This document shows, piece by piece, positions 1 through 7,342 of a DNA stretch of 32,000 nucleotides. The DNA is taken from NCBI GenBank assembly GCA_028698185.1, contig JAQVDW010000006.1, forward strand, positions 1 to 32,000. Reading direction: 5' to 3'. The position numbers and the translations under genes are program-made. Source of the stretch: Erysipelotrichaceae bacterium. GTDB lineage: Bacteria; Bacillota_I; Bacilli_A; Erysipelotrichales; Coprobacillaceae. The notes under the pieces are model-generated. The model was given only the letters and a program-made list of their open reading frames with translations. It did no database searches and was not told where the DNA came from. Numbering within the stretch: the stretch's first letter is position 1; the number at the start of each line of letters is the position of its first letter.

Positions 1-58
1 AAAAATTTACACGAGTCGCAAATTCAAGAAATAGTACGAAAATGAAATATTAAAAAAA

Positions 59-99
59 CAGGCAGAAACCCCTTATTTATAGGGGCTTTTGCCTGTTTT
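59..99 (+). terminator. Rho-independent terminator closing an upstream + strand unit (possibly bidirectional)
   Basis: Arms caggcagaaacccc (59-72) and ggggcttttgcctg (82-95) pair with one G-U and one mismatch around a 9-nt loop. TTTT follows at 96-99 and an A-run precedes at 52-58. An open + frame reaches TAA at 51-53. Confidence 0.7.
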
Positions 100-210
100 C
101 TAGATTATCAAGTGTAAAACATGAGATTATAACAATTTATCGCTATAAATTCAAAGGTATTTGTGTATAATCCCCGTTAAACTCTTAACCCGTAATTAAG
201 ACTGGCAAAC

Positions 211-236
211 AAAAAAACCCGACATTTGCCGGGTCG
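211..236 (-). terminator. Intrinsic terminator of metY
   Basis: On the minus strand a short GC stem (acccg / cgggt, 8-nt loop) starts right after the metY stop (237-239). It is followed by a 7-U tract (aaaaaaa 211-217 on +). Confidence 0.55.
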
Positions 237-1514
237 TCAGATGCTTTGTAATGCCTGTTGGAGATCGGCGATGATGTCGCTGACATCCTCGATTCCCACC
301 GAAAGGCGGATAAGGTCCGGAGCCACTCCGGCTTCTTGCAATTGTTCCTTGGTCATCTGGCGATGGGTGTGGCTGGCTGGATGGAGCAGACAGGTCCTTG
401 CATCGGCCACATGGGTCACGATTGAGACAAGTTCAAGCTTGTCGACGAATTTGGTTGTGGTCGCGTCATAATCCTTCAGACCGAATGCCAAAACGCCACA
501 GCTTCCCTCAGGCAGGTATTTTTGGGTCAGATTGAAATAACTGTCGTCTTCAAGGTTGGGGAAGTTGACCCAGGCAACCTTGGGATGGTCCTTGAGGAAT
601 CTGGCGATCGCCAGGGCATTTTCATAGTGGCGGGGCATCCGCAGGTGCAGCGTTTCCAGCCCAAGATTCAACAAGAAGGCGTTCATCGGCGCCATTGTCG
701 AACCAAGGTCGCGCATCAGCTGGACGGTCGCTTTGGTGATGAATGCGCCCTTGCCAAACTTCTTGGTATAGATCAGTCCGTGGTAAGAGTCATCAGGGGT
801 GGTCAGACCGGGGAACTTGTCGTTTTGTTCCCAGTCGAAATTGCCGCTGTCGACGATGCAGCCACCCAGGCTGATCGCATGGCCATCCATGTATTTGCTG
901 GTGGAATGGGTGACGATATCCGCCCCGAATTCAAACGGGCGGCAAAATACCGGTGTCGCGAAAGTGTTGTCAACAAGCAACGGGATGCCGTTGTTATGGG
1001 CCAAAGCCGCGAATTTTTCAATATCGAGAACCTTGACTGTCGGATTGGCGATCGTTTCCCCGAAGACAAGTTTCGTGTTCGGTTTGATTTCATTCTGGAG
1101 CTCTTCAAGGTCGAGATCCTGGTCGACAAAGGTGCAGTCGATTCCAAGTTTCTTGAGCGTCACCCCAAACAGGTTGTAAGTCCCCCCGTAGATGCTGCTT
1201 GAAGCCAGGACGTGGTCCCCGGCGCTGGCGATATTGATCACCGCCAAAAAGTTGGCCGCCTGACCGGAGCTTGTCATCATCGCCGCCACACCACCTTCAA
1301 GGTCGGTGATTTTGGCTGCAACCGCATCGGTTGTCGGGTTTTGAAGCCGGCTATAGAAATAACCGCTGGCCTCCAGGTCGAACAATTCGGCCATCTGTTG
1401 CGAATTGTCATATTTGAAGGTGGTGCTTTGGATTATCGGTAATACCTGGGGTTCCCCTTTTTTAGGGACGTACCCCGAGCGAATGCATTTGGTTCCTAAT
1501 TTTCTGTTTGCCAT
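237..1514 (-). CDS. metY: O-acetylhomoserine (thiol)-lyase / sulfhydrylase, PLP-dependent Cys/Met metabolism family
   Basis: 425-aa ORF with typical family sequence throughout: N-terminal IRSGY...PIIQSTTF, the PLP-lysine motif HSTSKYMDGH, and C-terminal HPASHTHRQM. An AAGGAG RBS lies at 1523-1528. Confidence 0.93.
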   Translation of the reverse strand: MANRKLGTKCIRSGYVPKKGEPQVLPIIQSTTFKYDNSQQMAELFDLEASGYFYSRLQNPTTDAVAAKITDLEGGVAAMMTSSGQAANFLAVINIASAGDHVLASSSIYGGTYNLFGVTLKKLGIDCTFVDQDLDLEELQNEIKPNTKLVFGETIANPTVKVLDIEKFAALAHNNGIPLLVDNTFATPVFCRPFEFGADIVTHSTSKYMDGHAISLGGCIVDSGNFDWEQNDKFPGLTTPDDSYHGLIYTKKFGKGAFITKATVQLMRDLGSTMAPMNAFLLNLGLETLHLRMPRHYENALAIARFLKDHPKVAWVNFPNLEDDSYFNLTQKYLPEGSCGVLAFGLKDYDATTTKFVDKLELVSIVTHVADARTCLLHPASHTHRQMTKEQLQEAGVAPDLIRLSVGIEDVSDIIADLQQALQSI

Positions 1515-1540
1515 ATTGGAAGCTCCTTTCGATTGTAACT

Positions 1541-1569
1541 ATTATAAGGTTATTCTTGGCCAAAATCAA
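1541..1569 (-). promoter_or_regulatory. Sigma-A type promoter of metY
   Basis: Minus strand reads TTGATT (1564-1569), a 17-nt spacer, then TATAAT (1541-1546). The predicted start is about 6 nt before the RBS, so the leader is only about 20 nt. Confidence 0.7.
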
Positions 1570-1581
1570 GAAAGGTCCGCC

Positions 1582-2178
1582 TTAAAATTCCCTTTTGACA
1601 AAAAGGACCCGGCCGATTATCGCCATCTTGTTTTCTTTGATCTCCACACTGGAGTAATAGCGGTTTGGATAATCGGGGTTGGCCGACTCGAGAATTACCA
1701 CATCGCCCTTTTTGATGACCTTCTTGATGGTCACCTCTTCCTGGTCGATCAAGACGACCGCGATCTGCGAAGATTCGACATCGTTTTGCTTGCGGACGTA
1801 AACCTGGTCGCCTGGATATATGTGGAGGCCGATCATCGAATCCCCGACCACCTCGAGAAAATAGTCGCCTTGATAGTATTCCTTCTGGCTCACCGGGATT
1901 TCCCTGATGTAGTTTTCGTCGCAAAACAGGTCATAGCCCGCCTTGACAAAGCCAAGCAGGGGCCGGGTGAAGGCCGGAGCGATGCTTTCATCGAGGTATT
2001 TGTCGACATCCATGTTGAGGCGCTTGGCGATGGCAACCATCTTGTCCTTGGGAACGTTGGCGATCGCGCCGCTTTCATAGCGCATGATGGTCGTTTTCGA
2101 ACATTGAACTTCCCGGCCGAGCTGCTCGAGCGATATCTTCAATTTCTTGCGGGCCTGTCTCATATCATCTTTGAACAT
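1582..2178 (-). CDS. LexA/HdiR-like transcriptional regulator: XRE-type HTH fused to an S24 self-cleaving peptidase domain
   Basis: 198 aa. It has an HTH (ISLEQLGREVQCSKTTIMRYESG), a candidate Ala-Gly cleavage site (FVKAGYD), the S24 serine motif GDSM and a lysine region (TIKKVIKKG). GGAGGA RBS at 2184-2189. It is divergent from a Y-family polymerase gene. Confidence 0.88.
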   Translation of the reverse strand: MFKDDMRQARKKLKISLEQLGREVQCSKTTIMRYESGAIANVPKDKMVAIAKRLNMDVDKYLDESIAPAFTRPLLGFVKAGYDLFCDENYIREIPVSQKEYYQGDYFLEVVGDSMIGLHIYPGDQVYVRKQNDVESSQIAVVLIDQEEVTIKKVIKKGDVVILESANPDYPNRYYSSVEIKENKMAIIGRVLFVKREF

Positions 2179-2228
2179 TTTAGTCCTCCATCCTGATCCG
2201 TTATCAAAAGCGGATTTCCAATAAAAAA

Positions 2229-2256
2229 ATTATATCATTTTTCGACGTTAAAGCAA
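2229..2256 (-). promoter_or_regulatory. Promoter of the HTH-S24 regulator gene
   Basis: Minus strand has an extended -10 TGaTATAAT (TATAAT at 2229-2234, TG at 2236-2237) and a weak -35 TTGCTT (2251-2256, 16-nt spacer). The -35 lies inside the repeated GCAACTTTTTTG element. Confidence 0.55.
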
Positions 2257-2294
2257 CTTTTTTGAACTTCAAAGCAATAAAAAGCACTGGGATA

Positions 2295-2349
2295 TTGATA
2301 AATGCAACTTCCAGTGGTAGTATAATTGCATATCAGAGAATATATGCAA
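2295..2349 (+). promoter_or_regulatory. Candidate promoter and operator of the polymerase operon
   Basis: TATAAT at 2321-2326 with TTGATA at 2295-2300; the 20-nt spacer is suboptimal. A perfect inverted repeat TTGCATAT-N8-ATATGCAA (2326-2333 / 2342-2349) covers the predicted +1 region. Confidence 0.5.
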
Positions 2350-2368
2350 CTTTTTTGGAGGAATATTT

Positions 2369-3610
2369 ATGGAAAAATGGATCCTACATATTGATATCAA
2401 CCATTGTTACGCCCAGATTGAAGAGATGAAGAATCCGGCCCTCAAGGAAATACCCATGGCCGTTGGCGGCCGCGAATCGAACCGCCACGGCATCATCCTG
2501 GCCAAGAATCTTCTGGCCAAAAAATACCGGATCAAGACCGGCGAACCGGTCCGCGACGCCCTGAAGAAATGTCCGAAGCTCAGGATAATCCATCCCGATT
2601 TCACCGACTACCAGTACTACACGACCAAGGTCAAGGACATCTATCACGAATACACCGATCAGGTCGAATCATATGGCCTTGACGAAGCCTGGCTTGACAT
2701 CACCGGGTCACTCAAGCTCTTTGGTGACCCCATTGACATCGCCAGAACAATCCAGACGCGCATCAAAAACGAGATCGGCCTGACGGTCTCGGTGGGCATC
2801 AGCTTCAACAAGATTTTCGCGAAGATGGGCAGCGACATGTTCAAGCCCTACGGCCTGGTCCACATATCCAAAGAGAACTACCGGGAGATCGTCTGGCCCC
2901 TGGATATCGGCGACCTGTTCTATGTGGGCCAGGCCACCAAAACCAAGTTGAACCAGGTCTACATCACCAAGATCGGCCAGCTCGCCCGCTGTTCGAAAGA
3001 CTACATCAAATCGCTCCTTGGCAAGATGGGCGAAGTCCTATGGCTTTTTGCCAACGGTTTCGACATGTCCGCCGTGATGCTCGCGACAAGCAAGAGCGTC
3101 GTCAAGTCCGTGGGCAACGGGGTGACGGCCATCAAGGATCTGACGACCCTCGACGAACTGCGCAGCGTGCTTCTTGTCCTTTGCGACAGCGTCGCCTCGA
3201 GGCTCAGGGACCATCAGCTCAAGGGTTTCGTGGTCACCCTGTCCTTGCGCGACAAGCAGCTCCATAGCTTCACCCGCCAGAAAAAGCGCGAACAAGCCAC
3301 CAACCTGTGCCAGGAAATAATGGCCACCATCGACGATCTGCTGGCCAGACACCGCGACGAAAACGCCGCTTACCGTTCGGTCGGAGTGAGGGTCAGCGAC
3401 CTGATTTTCGACAACCGCCAGTGCCAGCTGAGCCTTTTCGAGGATCCTAACGCCAAGGTTGACATGTACAAGCTGGAGACGGCCATCGACTCTTTGCGGG
3501 CCCGGTACGGCTACTACAGCATCTCCCGGGGCCTGACCAGAGCGAACAGCCACCTGACCGACTTCAACCCCAAGGGTGACCATACAATTGCTCCCAAGGG
3601 ATACTTCTAG
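2369..3610 (+). CDS. Y-family translesion DNA polymerase, UmuC/ImpB/MucB-like
   Basis: 413 aa. N-terminal ILHIDINHCYAQIE carries the D-x-N pattern typical of UmuC-type enzymes, and GLDEAWLD is the second catalytic motif. GGAGGA RBS at 2357-2362. Confidence 0.92.
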   Translation: MEKWILHIDINHCYAQIEEMKNPALKEIPMAVGGRESNRHGIILAKNLLAKKYRIKTGEPVRDALKKCPKLRIIHPDFTDYQYYTTKVKDIYHEYTDQVESYGLDEAWLDITGSLKLFGDPIDIARTIQTRIKNEIGLTVSVGISFNKIFAKMGSDMFKPYGLVHISKENYREIVWPLDIGDLFYVGQATKTKLNQVYITKIGQLARCSKDYIKSLLGKMGEVLWLFANGFDMSAVMLATSKSVVKSVGNGVTAIKDLTTLDELRSVLLVLCDSVASRLRDHQLKGFVVTLSLRDKQLHSFTRQKKREQATNLCQEIMATIDDLLARHRDENAAYRSVGVRVSDLIFDNRQCQLSLFEDPNAKVDMYKLETAIDSLRARYGYYSISRGLTRANSHLTDFNPKGDHTIAPKGYF

Positions 3611-3612
3611 CG

Positions 3613-3882
3613 ATGGAACAGGTGTTCAAGCATTATGTCGGAGTCATCGCCTACATCAACATGACCGGCCAGCTCAAGCCGCTGTACATCGTCTGGAATG
3701 AGGGCGTCAAATATAAAATCGACCTGGTCTACCGGGTTTTTCCGGCCGCAAGCCAGGCCGGAGGTGGGGGCATCCTGTACGAGTGCAAGGTGGCCCACAA
3801 AAGAATAAAACTCTATCAGGAAAAAAACCGCTGGTTCATCGAGACCAGCCAGGCCCCATTCGACTATTGGAGTGAAAGCTAA
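3613..3882 (+). CDS. Small conserved-looking hypothetical protein, translationally coupled to the polymerase gene
   Basis: 89-aa ORF whose ATG lies 2 nt after the polymerase stop codon. No overlapping sense gene, and a terminator hairpin follows directly. I could not assign a family. Confidence 0.65.
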   Translation: MEQVFKHYVGVIAYINMTGQLKPLYIVWNEGVKYKIDLVYRVFPAASQAGGGGILYECKVAHKRIKLYQEKNRWFIETSQAPFDYWSES

Positions 3883-3913
3883 AAGCCAGCCCCCTTACAA
3901 GGGAACTGGCTTT
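3882..3913. terminator. Bidirectional terminator hairpin between the convergent small ORF and the GNAT gene
   Basis: aaagccag...ctggcttt outer stem with an inner ccc/ggg stem and a 6-nt loop. Short A/T runs flank both sides. Confidence 0.55.
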
Positions 3914-3932
3914 CAGGCCATATTGGCCGGCA

Positions 3933-4352
3933 CTACGCCAAAGAACGGTTGCGATAGACAAGGTCATCACGAAAAGTGAACCCGACTTTCTTCCAGAAGG
4001 CGTTGCCCGATTCGTTGCTTTTGAAGGCCACCAGGGCCACCTTGGTCACACCTTCTTTTGCCAGGGCGTCCAGGCCCCGGAATACCAGGGCCTTGCCGAT
4101 GCCCTGATTCTGGAAAGAGGGAGCGACCGCAAGATGATAGATGAAACCGCGCCGACCGTCATGACCGGCCAAAATCGCGCCGATGACCTGGCTGGAAGCG
4201 ACAGCCACAAAACAGCTGTTTTCGTTGCGCGCCAGGTACCGGGCTATGCCCTGAATTGAGTCGTCAACATCATTGAGACCCATGCCCGGCGTGTTTTTCC
4301 ACAGAGCGACGACCTGGTCATAGTCATCGATGCCCATGATTCTAATGTCCAT
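3933..4352 (-). CDS. GNAT family N-acetyltransferase
   Basis: 139 aa with acetyl-CoA binding motif A (QNQGIGKALV) and a typical GNAT length and layout. G-rich RBS (AAGGGGGG). Confidence 0.85.
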   Translation of the reverse strand: MDIRIMGIDDYDQVVALWKNTPGMGLNDVDDSIQGIARYLARNENSCFVAVASSQVIGAILAGHDGRRGFIYHLAVAPSFQNQGIGKALVFRGLDALAKEGVTKVALVAFKSNESGNAFWKKVGFTFRDDLVYRNRSLA

Positions 4353-4413
4353 GAAAATCCCCCCTTATGTAAAAAGGATAGCACCAGATCGGTGCGGATG
4401 CAACAGGCCCTGG

Positions 4414-5715
4414 TTAGAAAATGTCGACGATTTCCCCGTCGAGGATCTTGTTTGTGGTCCGCAAGGCGCACATCTTGCCGCACATCGAACAGGTCTTCTG
4501 TTGTGCGGCCGGAATCGAGTCGTAGTAGTCCCGGGCTTTTTGGGGATCAAGGGCACAATCGAACATCCCTTCCCAGTCGACCTTGTTTCTGGCTTTTGCC
4601 ATCTGGTCGTCCCGGTCGCGGGCCCCGGGAATCTTCTTGGCGATATCCGCGGCATGGGCGGCGATCTTGACCGCCATTATCCCCTCTTTGACGTCCTGGA
4701 CATCAGGCAGGCGCAGATGTTCCGCCGGAGTCACATAGCACAGGAAATCCGCCCCGTTCGAAGCCGCAATGGCTCCACCGATGGCGCTTGTTATATGGTC
4801 ATAGCCCGGAGCGATGTCGGTCACAATAGGACCAAGCACATAGAAAGGGGCATCATGGCACAGGCGCTTCTGGATCTTCATGTTGGCGGCGATCTCATCG
4901 ATGGCCATATGGCCCGGTCCTTCGACAATAACCTGGACATTTTTGGCCCAGGCCCGCTCGATCAGTAGCGACAATTCGATCAGCTCTCCGATCTGCCCGG
5001 GATCGGTGGCGTCATGGAGACAGCCCGGCCGCAAAGCGTCACCCAGGGAGATGGTCACGTCGTATTTGGCCAGAATGTCAAGCACCTCATCATAGTATTC
5101 GTAAAAAGGGTTCTCATTGCCCGTCATCGCCATCCAGGCAAAAAGCAGGGAACCGCCCCTTGAGACGATATTGGTCAGACGCTCGCTTTTTCTAAAGTCG
5201 GCCGCCACCTTGCGGGTGATTCCGGCATGGATGGTGACGAAGTCGACTCCCTGGCTGGCATGGAGTTCTAAAATCGACAGGAAATCCTTTGCGGTAAGGT
5301 CGATGAGATCCTTGTCGAAATAGCCGATGGCATCATAGATGGGAACCGTCCCGATCATGGCGCTGCTCATGGCGATCAGTTTCTCCCGGAAATCGTAAGT
5401 CTTGCCATAGTTGCTAAGATCCATAATGGCTTCGACGTCGTTTTCCAAGGCCACTTCGACCTTCTTGAATTCCATCTCGTAATTGGCGCAATCCCGGGAT
5501 ACTCCCAGGTTGACATTGACCTTGGTTTTCAATCCCTGCCCGACCCCGTTGGGATCGAGGTTGCGATGGTTCTTGTTTGCGGGAATGGCGATTGTTCCAG
5601 CCGCCACCCGCTCCATGATTGTTCGAGGATCGAGACCTTCCTTGTTGGCGACAATCTCCATCTCTTTGGTGATTATTCCCTGTTTGGCTGCGGCCATCTG
5701 TGTCAGTTTATTCAT
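4414..5715 (-). CDS. thiC: Phosphomethylpyrimidine synthase (radical SAM, HMP-P synthase)
   Basis: 433 aa with full-length ThiC-type sequence and the C-terminal CSMCGKMC (CX2CX4C) cluster motif. AAGGAG RBS. The start overlaps the thiW stop by 8 nt. Confidence 0.95.
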   Translation of the reverse strand: MNKLTQMAAAKQGIITKEMEIVANKEGLDPRTIMERVAAGTIAIPANKNHRNLDPNGVGQGLKTKVNVNLGVSRDCANYEMEFKKVEVALENDVEAIMDLSNYGKTYDFREKLIAMSSAMIGTVPIYDAIGYFDKDLIDLTAKDFLSILELHASQGVDFVTIHAGITRKVAADFRKSERLTNIVSRGGSLLFAWMAMTGNENPFYEYYDEVLDILAKYDVTISLGDALRPGCLHDATDPGQIGELIELSLLIERAWAKNVQVIVEGPGHMAIDEIAANMKIQKRLCHDAPFYVLGPIVTDIAPGYDHITSAIGGAIAASNGADFLCYVTPAEHLRLPDVQDVKEGIMAVKIAAHAADIAKKIPGARDRDDQMAKARNKVDWEGMFDCALDPQKARDYYDSIPAAQQKTCSMCGKMCALRTTNKILDGEIVDIF

Positions 5716-6220
5716 TGGTATCTCCTTTTGGCTGGTTGCTGAAGATGTTGAGGATATGGCGTTTTTTCAAGGTGCCAATCAATACGAAGGCCAGTGTCGC
5801 CCCCACCAGGGTGCTAAGCAAAAAAGGCACAAGCAGGATTTGCCCCATCCCTTCTTTGTCCAGGACCAGATTGGCCAGGATTCCCGCAGCCTGAGATCCC
5901 AGCAGGCCGGTTCCGATGATCTCACCTAGATAAGCGGCGAACACCGACTTGTAGCGGGCATAAAGCGCCGCGGCCAAGAATGCCCCGATCATGCTTCCTG
6001 GAAATGCCAGGATCGTTCCGGTTCCCAGGATGTTGCGCACCAGCGAAGTCGCAAAGGCCACCATCACCGCAAGAAACGGATTCAGGGTGACTGCCGCCAC
6101 TAGGTTGATGAAATGTTGGACAAAGAAAGCCTTGGCAAAAGCCGTAGGCACATACAAAGATGAAAGGCTGATCGCCAGGGCGATCAAGAAGCCGGCAAAA
6201 CTGATTTTTTTGACACTCAT
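5708..6220 (-). CDS. thiW: ECF-transporter S component ThiW (predicted thiazole precursor uptake)
   Basis: 170-aa multi-TM protein with the ThiW-like core [11 protein letters not shown]...[23 protein letters not shown] trimmed the start to ATG 6220, which has an AAGGAGA RBS. The ORF-track extension to 6349 runs through the riboswitch. Confidence 0.85.
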   Translation of the reverse strand: MSVKKISFAGFLIALAISLSSLYVPTAFAKAFFVQHFINLVAAVTLNPFLAVMVAFATSLVRNILGTGTILAFPGSMIGAFLAAALYARYKSVFAAYLGEIIGTGLLGSQAAGILANLVLDKEGMGQILLVPFLLSTLVGATLAFVLIGTLKKRHILNIFSNQPKGDTNE

Positions 6221-6324
6221 AATTTGTTCTCCTTCTGTCTTTAATATCAATGGAGTATCTTTTTTGCCAAAACCAAAAAAAGATGCACCAAAAAGGTCCA
6301 TCCCATAAATTAAAAATCTATGTT

Positions 6325-6404
6325 CAATCCCTACGTTGGCATTACCCAAATCAGGTACGGTCGAAATTCCAATTTCCTCTCAGCCTGGTCACAAGCTCCC
6401 GTTG
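6325..6404 (-). promoter_or_regulatory. TPP (THI-box) riboswitch aptamer upstream of thiW-thiC
   Basis: The minus strand reads CAACGGGAGC..GGCUGAGAGG...CGUACCUGAUUUGGGUAAUGCCAACGUAGGGAUUG. This matches the conserved CUGAGA and ACCUGAU..GG.UAAUGCC.GCGUAGGGA cores of the TPP element. Confidence 0.9.
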
Positions 6405-6417
6405 ATATTTGTCTATA

Positions 6418-6445
6418 ATTATAGACGATATTACTCAGTTGTCAA
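6418..6445 (-). promoter_or_regulatory. Promoter driving the TPP riboswitch and thiW-thiC
   Basis: Minus strand reads TTGACA (6440-6445), a 16-nt spacer, then TATAAT (6418-6423). The predicted start is a few nt before the aptamer. The -35 overlaps the 3' end of the upstream HAD gene. Confidence 0.7.
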
Positions 6446-7277
6446 TATAATCATGAAAATTTGCCGCAATCCACCGGGCCACTCCGTCTTCGTCATTGGA
6501 CCCTGCGTGGGATGAGGCAACCTGTTTTACCTTGGCCGCGGCATTTTTGACCGCCACCGCCACATCGGCCTTCTTGAGCATTTCCAGATCGTTGGTCTCG
6601 TCGCCAAAGCAGACAAGTTCGTCGTATTCCCGGATTTTTTTGAGCCGTTCGAGCGCCTTGGCCTTGTTCGCCCCCGGAGCCATGATTTCCAGGAAATATT
6701 CATCCGTGTACAGTTCCTTTTTCAGACTGCAGATTATCCCCGGCAACGTCTTGAGATAGCCATATACAGCTTCGAGGGCGCTTAAGTCGTCGATGGCGGT
6801 ATAGTAAAAAATGGATCCCTCATAGATCGATTCATCATCGTTTCTGGCGACGAAGCGCAGATCGCCCCTGCGCGAGGCGATATAGTCTTTGACATGGTCG
6901 TTTTGCCGGCGCCAGTGCCACAGCACCTTTTCCTTGGTGTCAATCATGGTGTAGACAAGAGGATTGATCCGGTATTTTGCCAAGGCGGCCTCGATCATCC
7001 TCGAGCTCTTTTGGCAAAATACCTGGACATCGAGGATCGCGCCATCAGTCCCTTCGACAATCATTGCCCCGTTATAGACGATCACCGGCCAGGTCAGTTT
7101 CAGTTCACGGGTGAACCTGCAGGATGAATGATACGAACGGGCCGTGGCGTAGGTGAAATTGAGTCCCCGGGCGATCAGATCGTTGAGCGTGTCAATCGAG
7201 TAATGCGAGATCATATAGCTGGAATTGATCAGCGTCCCGTCCAGGTCGCTTACATACAAGGTTGTCTTATTTTTCAT
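6435..7277 (-). CDS. Cof-type HAD-IIB family phosphatase
   Basis: 280 aa with HAD motif I (VSDLDGTL) and motifs III/IV (FGDETNDLEML..AVAV.NA). Confidence 0.88.
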   Translation of the reverse strand: MKNKTTLYVSDLDGTLINSSYMISHYSIDTLNDLIARGLNFTYATARSYHSSCRFTRELKLTWPVIVYNGAMIVEGTDGAILDVQVFCQKSSRMIEAALAKYRINPLVYTMIDTKEKVLWHWRRQNDHVKDYIASRRGDLRFVARNDDESIYEGSIFYYTAIDDLSALEAVYGYLKTLPGIICSLKKELYTDEYFLEIMAPGANKAKALERLKKIREYDELVCFGDETNDLEMLKKADVAVAVKNAAAKVKQVASSHAGSNDEDGVARWIAANFHDYIDN

Positions 7278-7342
7278 GGCTGATTTCCTCTTCCCCTACA
7301 ATGATAGCCCGGTTGCCATCTAAATGTAAAGATGAAACAAAG

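Noticed and set aside
2264-2275. Possible Cheo/LexA box (gaacttcaaagc) in the regulator-polymerase intergenic region.
   Set aside because: Only the left GAAC half matches; the right half reads AAGC rather than GTTC. The TTGCAT/ATGCAA repeats are much better operator candidates.
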